From NCBI GenBank assembly GCA_017517685.1, contig JAFWYK010000003.1, positions 4,860 to 68,859 on the forward strand: a stretch of 64,000 nucleotides of DNA, written 5' to 3'. The position numbers and the translations under genes were made by a program. The notes below the pieces were generated by a model. It was not told the origin of the DNA. It searched no databases and saw only the letters and a program-made list of their open reading frames with translations. Origin of the DNA: Clostridia bacterium (GTDB taxonomy: Bacteria > Bacillota > Clostridia > TANB77 > CAG-508). Within the stretch, counting starts at the first letter, position 1. Each line of letters begins with the position of its first letter. This document shows, piece after piece, positions 62,146-64,000 of this stretch.

Positions 62146-63612
62146 ATGATAAAGTTTGACAAAAGAATAGTTCAATTTGGGTTTGGAGCAGTTGGAAAAA
62201 GCTTTTATGAAAAAGTAACTAAAGAAATAGATTTTGATGAAAATAAGTATTATGTAATAAGTAGAGACAGTTTTGAATTTGAAGCATTTATTAATATGGG
62301 TGGAATGACAGAAAACTTTATTGTTCAAGATATTAATAAAGATAACTTTAAAGAAGTATTTGAAAAATACTTAGATGAAGGAGATCTTTTAATAGATTTT
62401 GCAGATACTGTTGGAACAAGAGATATTCTTACTTGGTGCGTGAGTAAAAATGTTATGTACATAAACACTGGCGAAGCAGATTGGCCAGAAAATTGGTACA
62501 GTATTTTTAACGAAAATGAACTAAAATGCAAAATAAGAGAAGAGATAGAAAGTAATAAAGATGTTAACAAATACCCTGTTATTTTGCAACATGGTAACAA
62601 TCCAGGGCTTGTTTCACACTTTGTTAAAGCGGGACTGGAATATATTGTAAAACATCAATTTAAAAAAGATAAAGCTATTCAAAAATTATTGAAAGAGAAT
62701 AAGTTTAACGAGCTAGCAAAATCTATAGGCTTAAAAATGGTACATGTAAATGATATAGATACTCAAAAAGTAGTAGGTGATTATAAAGAAGATACTTTAT
62801 ATAGCACTTGGTGTATAGATTCATTTTGGTTTGAAATGCTTAGTGAAGCAACAATGAATGTTGGTACACATGAAAATATAGATTATGAGAATAAGTGTAA
62901 ATATTTTGATAAAGAAAAAGGATATTTAGAATTTAAATCTTTAGCAGTAAATACTAAATGTCGTACATATTATCCAGGTGGAGAATTTGATGCATTTTTA
63001 GTCCCACATGAAGAAACAATAACTATTGCCAAAGGTTTAGAAGTAAAAGAAAATGATGCTACTGTATATAGACCTTCGGTAATGTTTTTGTATTTACCTT
63101 GTGAATTTGCAACTAGATATTTAGAAAATGCAAAATTAAATGAATATCCAGATGTAGATCCAGATAAACCACAAGATTGTGAAACTAAAGATTTAATTAT
63201 AACAAGAGGATATTTATATCCAAAGAATGCAGAAATATTATATAAAGAAAAAATTGCTTCAGGTACTGAATATGTTGGAGTATTATTAATTGGTGATAAT
63301 TTTAATCCGGTTTGGGTAGGAAATAGAGTAGAGAAGTCATTTTTATATAAAAGTAAAAAAGGTTCTTATTGGCAAACACCAACAATCACACCAGTTGCTA
63401 TGTCAGCACTTGCTGCTATAAAATGGATGATAAAAAATAAAGATAAAGGTGGAATATATTTTCCTGATGATATATTAGATTATAAAGATATAATAAAAAG
63501 TGCAGAAAAATATATCTCAAAAACAATTTATAAAACATTTAAAAAAGAAGAATTAGAAAGTAAAACAAATATTAATTTTTCTAATATTCAATTTAAAGAT
63601 ATATGGATTTAA
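62146..63612 (+). CDS. hss: Homospermidine synthase
   Basis: Collinear similarity to my recollection of bacterial HSS:
- Rossmann motif FGFGAVGKS.
- HGNNPGLVSHFVK (HSS: GANPGMVSWFVK).
- VHVNDIDTQ, STWCIDSFWFE, FLVPHEETITIA, VYRPSVMFLYLPC and GVLLIG...WVG. Confidence 0.8.
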   Translation: MIKFDKRIVQFGFGAVGKSFYEKVTKEIDFDENKYYVISRDSFEFEAFINMGGMTENFIVQDINKDNFKEVFEKYLDEGDLLIDFADTVGTRDILTWCVSKNVMYINTGEADWPENWYSIFNENELKCKIREEIESNKDVNKYPVILQHGNNPGLVSHFVKAGLEYIVKHQFKKDKAIQKLLKENKFNELAKSIGLKMVHVNDIDTQKVVGDYKEDTLYSTWCIDSFWFEMLSEATMNVGTHENIDYENKCKYFDKEKGYLEFKSLAVNTKCRTYYPGGEFDAFLVPHEETITIAKGLEVKENDATVYRPSVMFLYLPCEFATRYLENAKLNEYPDVDPDKPQDCETKDLIITRGYLYPKNAEILYKEKIASGTEYVGVLLIGDNFNPVWVGNRVEKSFLYKSKKGSYWQTPTITPVAMSALAAIKWMIKNKDKGGIYFPDDILDYKDIIKSAEKYISKTIYKTFKKEELESKTNINFSNIQFKDIWI

Positions 63613-63632
63613 AATAAGAAGTAAATTTTTAA

Positions 63633-63680
63633 AACCCAAATTATTAGAACTATCCTAATAATATGGGTTTATTTTATTTT
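63633..63680 (+). terminator. Rho-independent terminator
   Basis: 15-bp stem AACCCAAATTATTAG / CTAATAATATGGGTT with one mismatch, followed by a T-rich run. Confidence 0.75.
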
Positions 63681-63699
63681 TTAAATTTTTTATAAAAAG

Positions 63700-63728
63700 T
63701 GAAACATTTTTTGTAAAAATAGACATTA
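63700..63728 (+). promoter_or_regulatory. Related ECF-type promoter-like element
   Basis: TGAAAC (63700-63705) with GAC at 63722-63724, one nt closer than in copies A-D; upstream of the second sigma gene. Confidence 0.35.
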
Positions 63729-63761
63729 TGTATATAAAGATGTCTTACAAAGGAGGGAGCA

Positions 63762-64000
63762 ATGGAAACAAAAAAACATTCAATACAAGAATATCAAAAA
63801 GATGGAGAACTTGATATAGATAGATTAATGGATGATTTGTCACAATATATTAAAACAATAATAAATAACATGACAAACAACAATATAAGCTATGAAGATA
63901 AGGAAGAAATTTTGTCAGATGTGTTTTTTGTTATATGGAAAAACAAAGACAAAATAGATTCTACAGTGGAAGCATATGCATCTGGTATTACAAAGATCTT
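63762..64000 (+). CDS. 5' part of a second sigma-70/ECF-family sigma factor, truncated by the window edge
   Basis: AAGGAGGG RBS. Open frame METKKHSIQEYQKDGELDIDRLMDDLSQYIKTIINN...ILSDVFFVIWKNKDKI resembles sigma region 2. Confidence 0.55.
   Translation, partial: METKKHSIQEYQKDGELDIDRLMDDLSQYIKTIINNMTNNNISYEDKEEILSDVFFVIWKNKDKIDSTVEAYASGITKI

Overview
This is a low-GC Firmicutes/Clostridia-type chromosomal segment. Hand counts of single 60-nt lines give 25-30% GC, and coding is almost entirely on the + strand.

- **0.3-25.9 kb, mostly housekeeping:** HAD phosphatase, mnmA, ttcA-like, copA, tcdA, a CNNM/CorC transporter, an XRE regulator with a paralogous membrane protein, a flavoprotein, cotJABC (- strand), secG, rnr and a RumA-type methyltransferase. 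It also holds a DUF4143-type ATPase behind a 5 x 32-bp tandem repeat, and a PIN-like ORF.
- **26.1-40.8 kb, a Wzx/Wzy-type surface-glycan locus:** an internally duplicated phosphoglycosyl transferase, GT4 enzymes, LicD, wecB and an LbH acetyltransferase. It continues with a HisC/CobD-type aminotransferase, a GNAT, a TagD-like cytidylyltransferase fused to a Gfo/Idh/MocA oxidoreductase, yvcK and a short glmU-like gene.
- **40.9-57.6 kb, an accessory island with no visible recombinase, full of conflict-system genes:** an ABC-ATPase + Toprim pair, a DUF5343-like + HEPN pair, a large TIGR04141-like ORF and a RhuM-Doc protein. It also carries a HEPN-NB-ARC-TPR-CSD STAND protein and a TIR-like protein, followed by an ECF sigma/anti-sigma pair and a Spo0A-like orphan regulator.
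- **58.0-63.6 kb, a polyamine cluster:** homospermidine synthase plus a glutathionylspermidine-synthetase-like ATP-grasp enzyme.

The strongest signals are:
1. Four copies of a bipartite promoter-like motif, TGAAATAT(T/A)TT(G/A)A-N9-GGACTCT, always at the same 22-nt offset. They sit upstream of the ECF sigma gene, the TIR-like gene and the Spo0A-like gene, and one orphan copy lies upstream of the STAND gene. This suggests a sigma-gated defence/regulatory module.
2. Three patches of 40-48% GC in the AT-rich backbone. One encodes a soluble Clp-N/Clp-D1 AAA+ ATPase fused to an FtsH-type M41 peptidase. Another encodes a small secreted protein bracketed by a perfect 16-bp inverted repeat.

I saw no rRNA, tRNA, CRISPR array, transposase or integrase. 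All domain calls come from motif recognition by eye and recollection of family signatures; no database search or computation was run.
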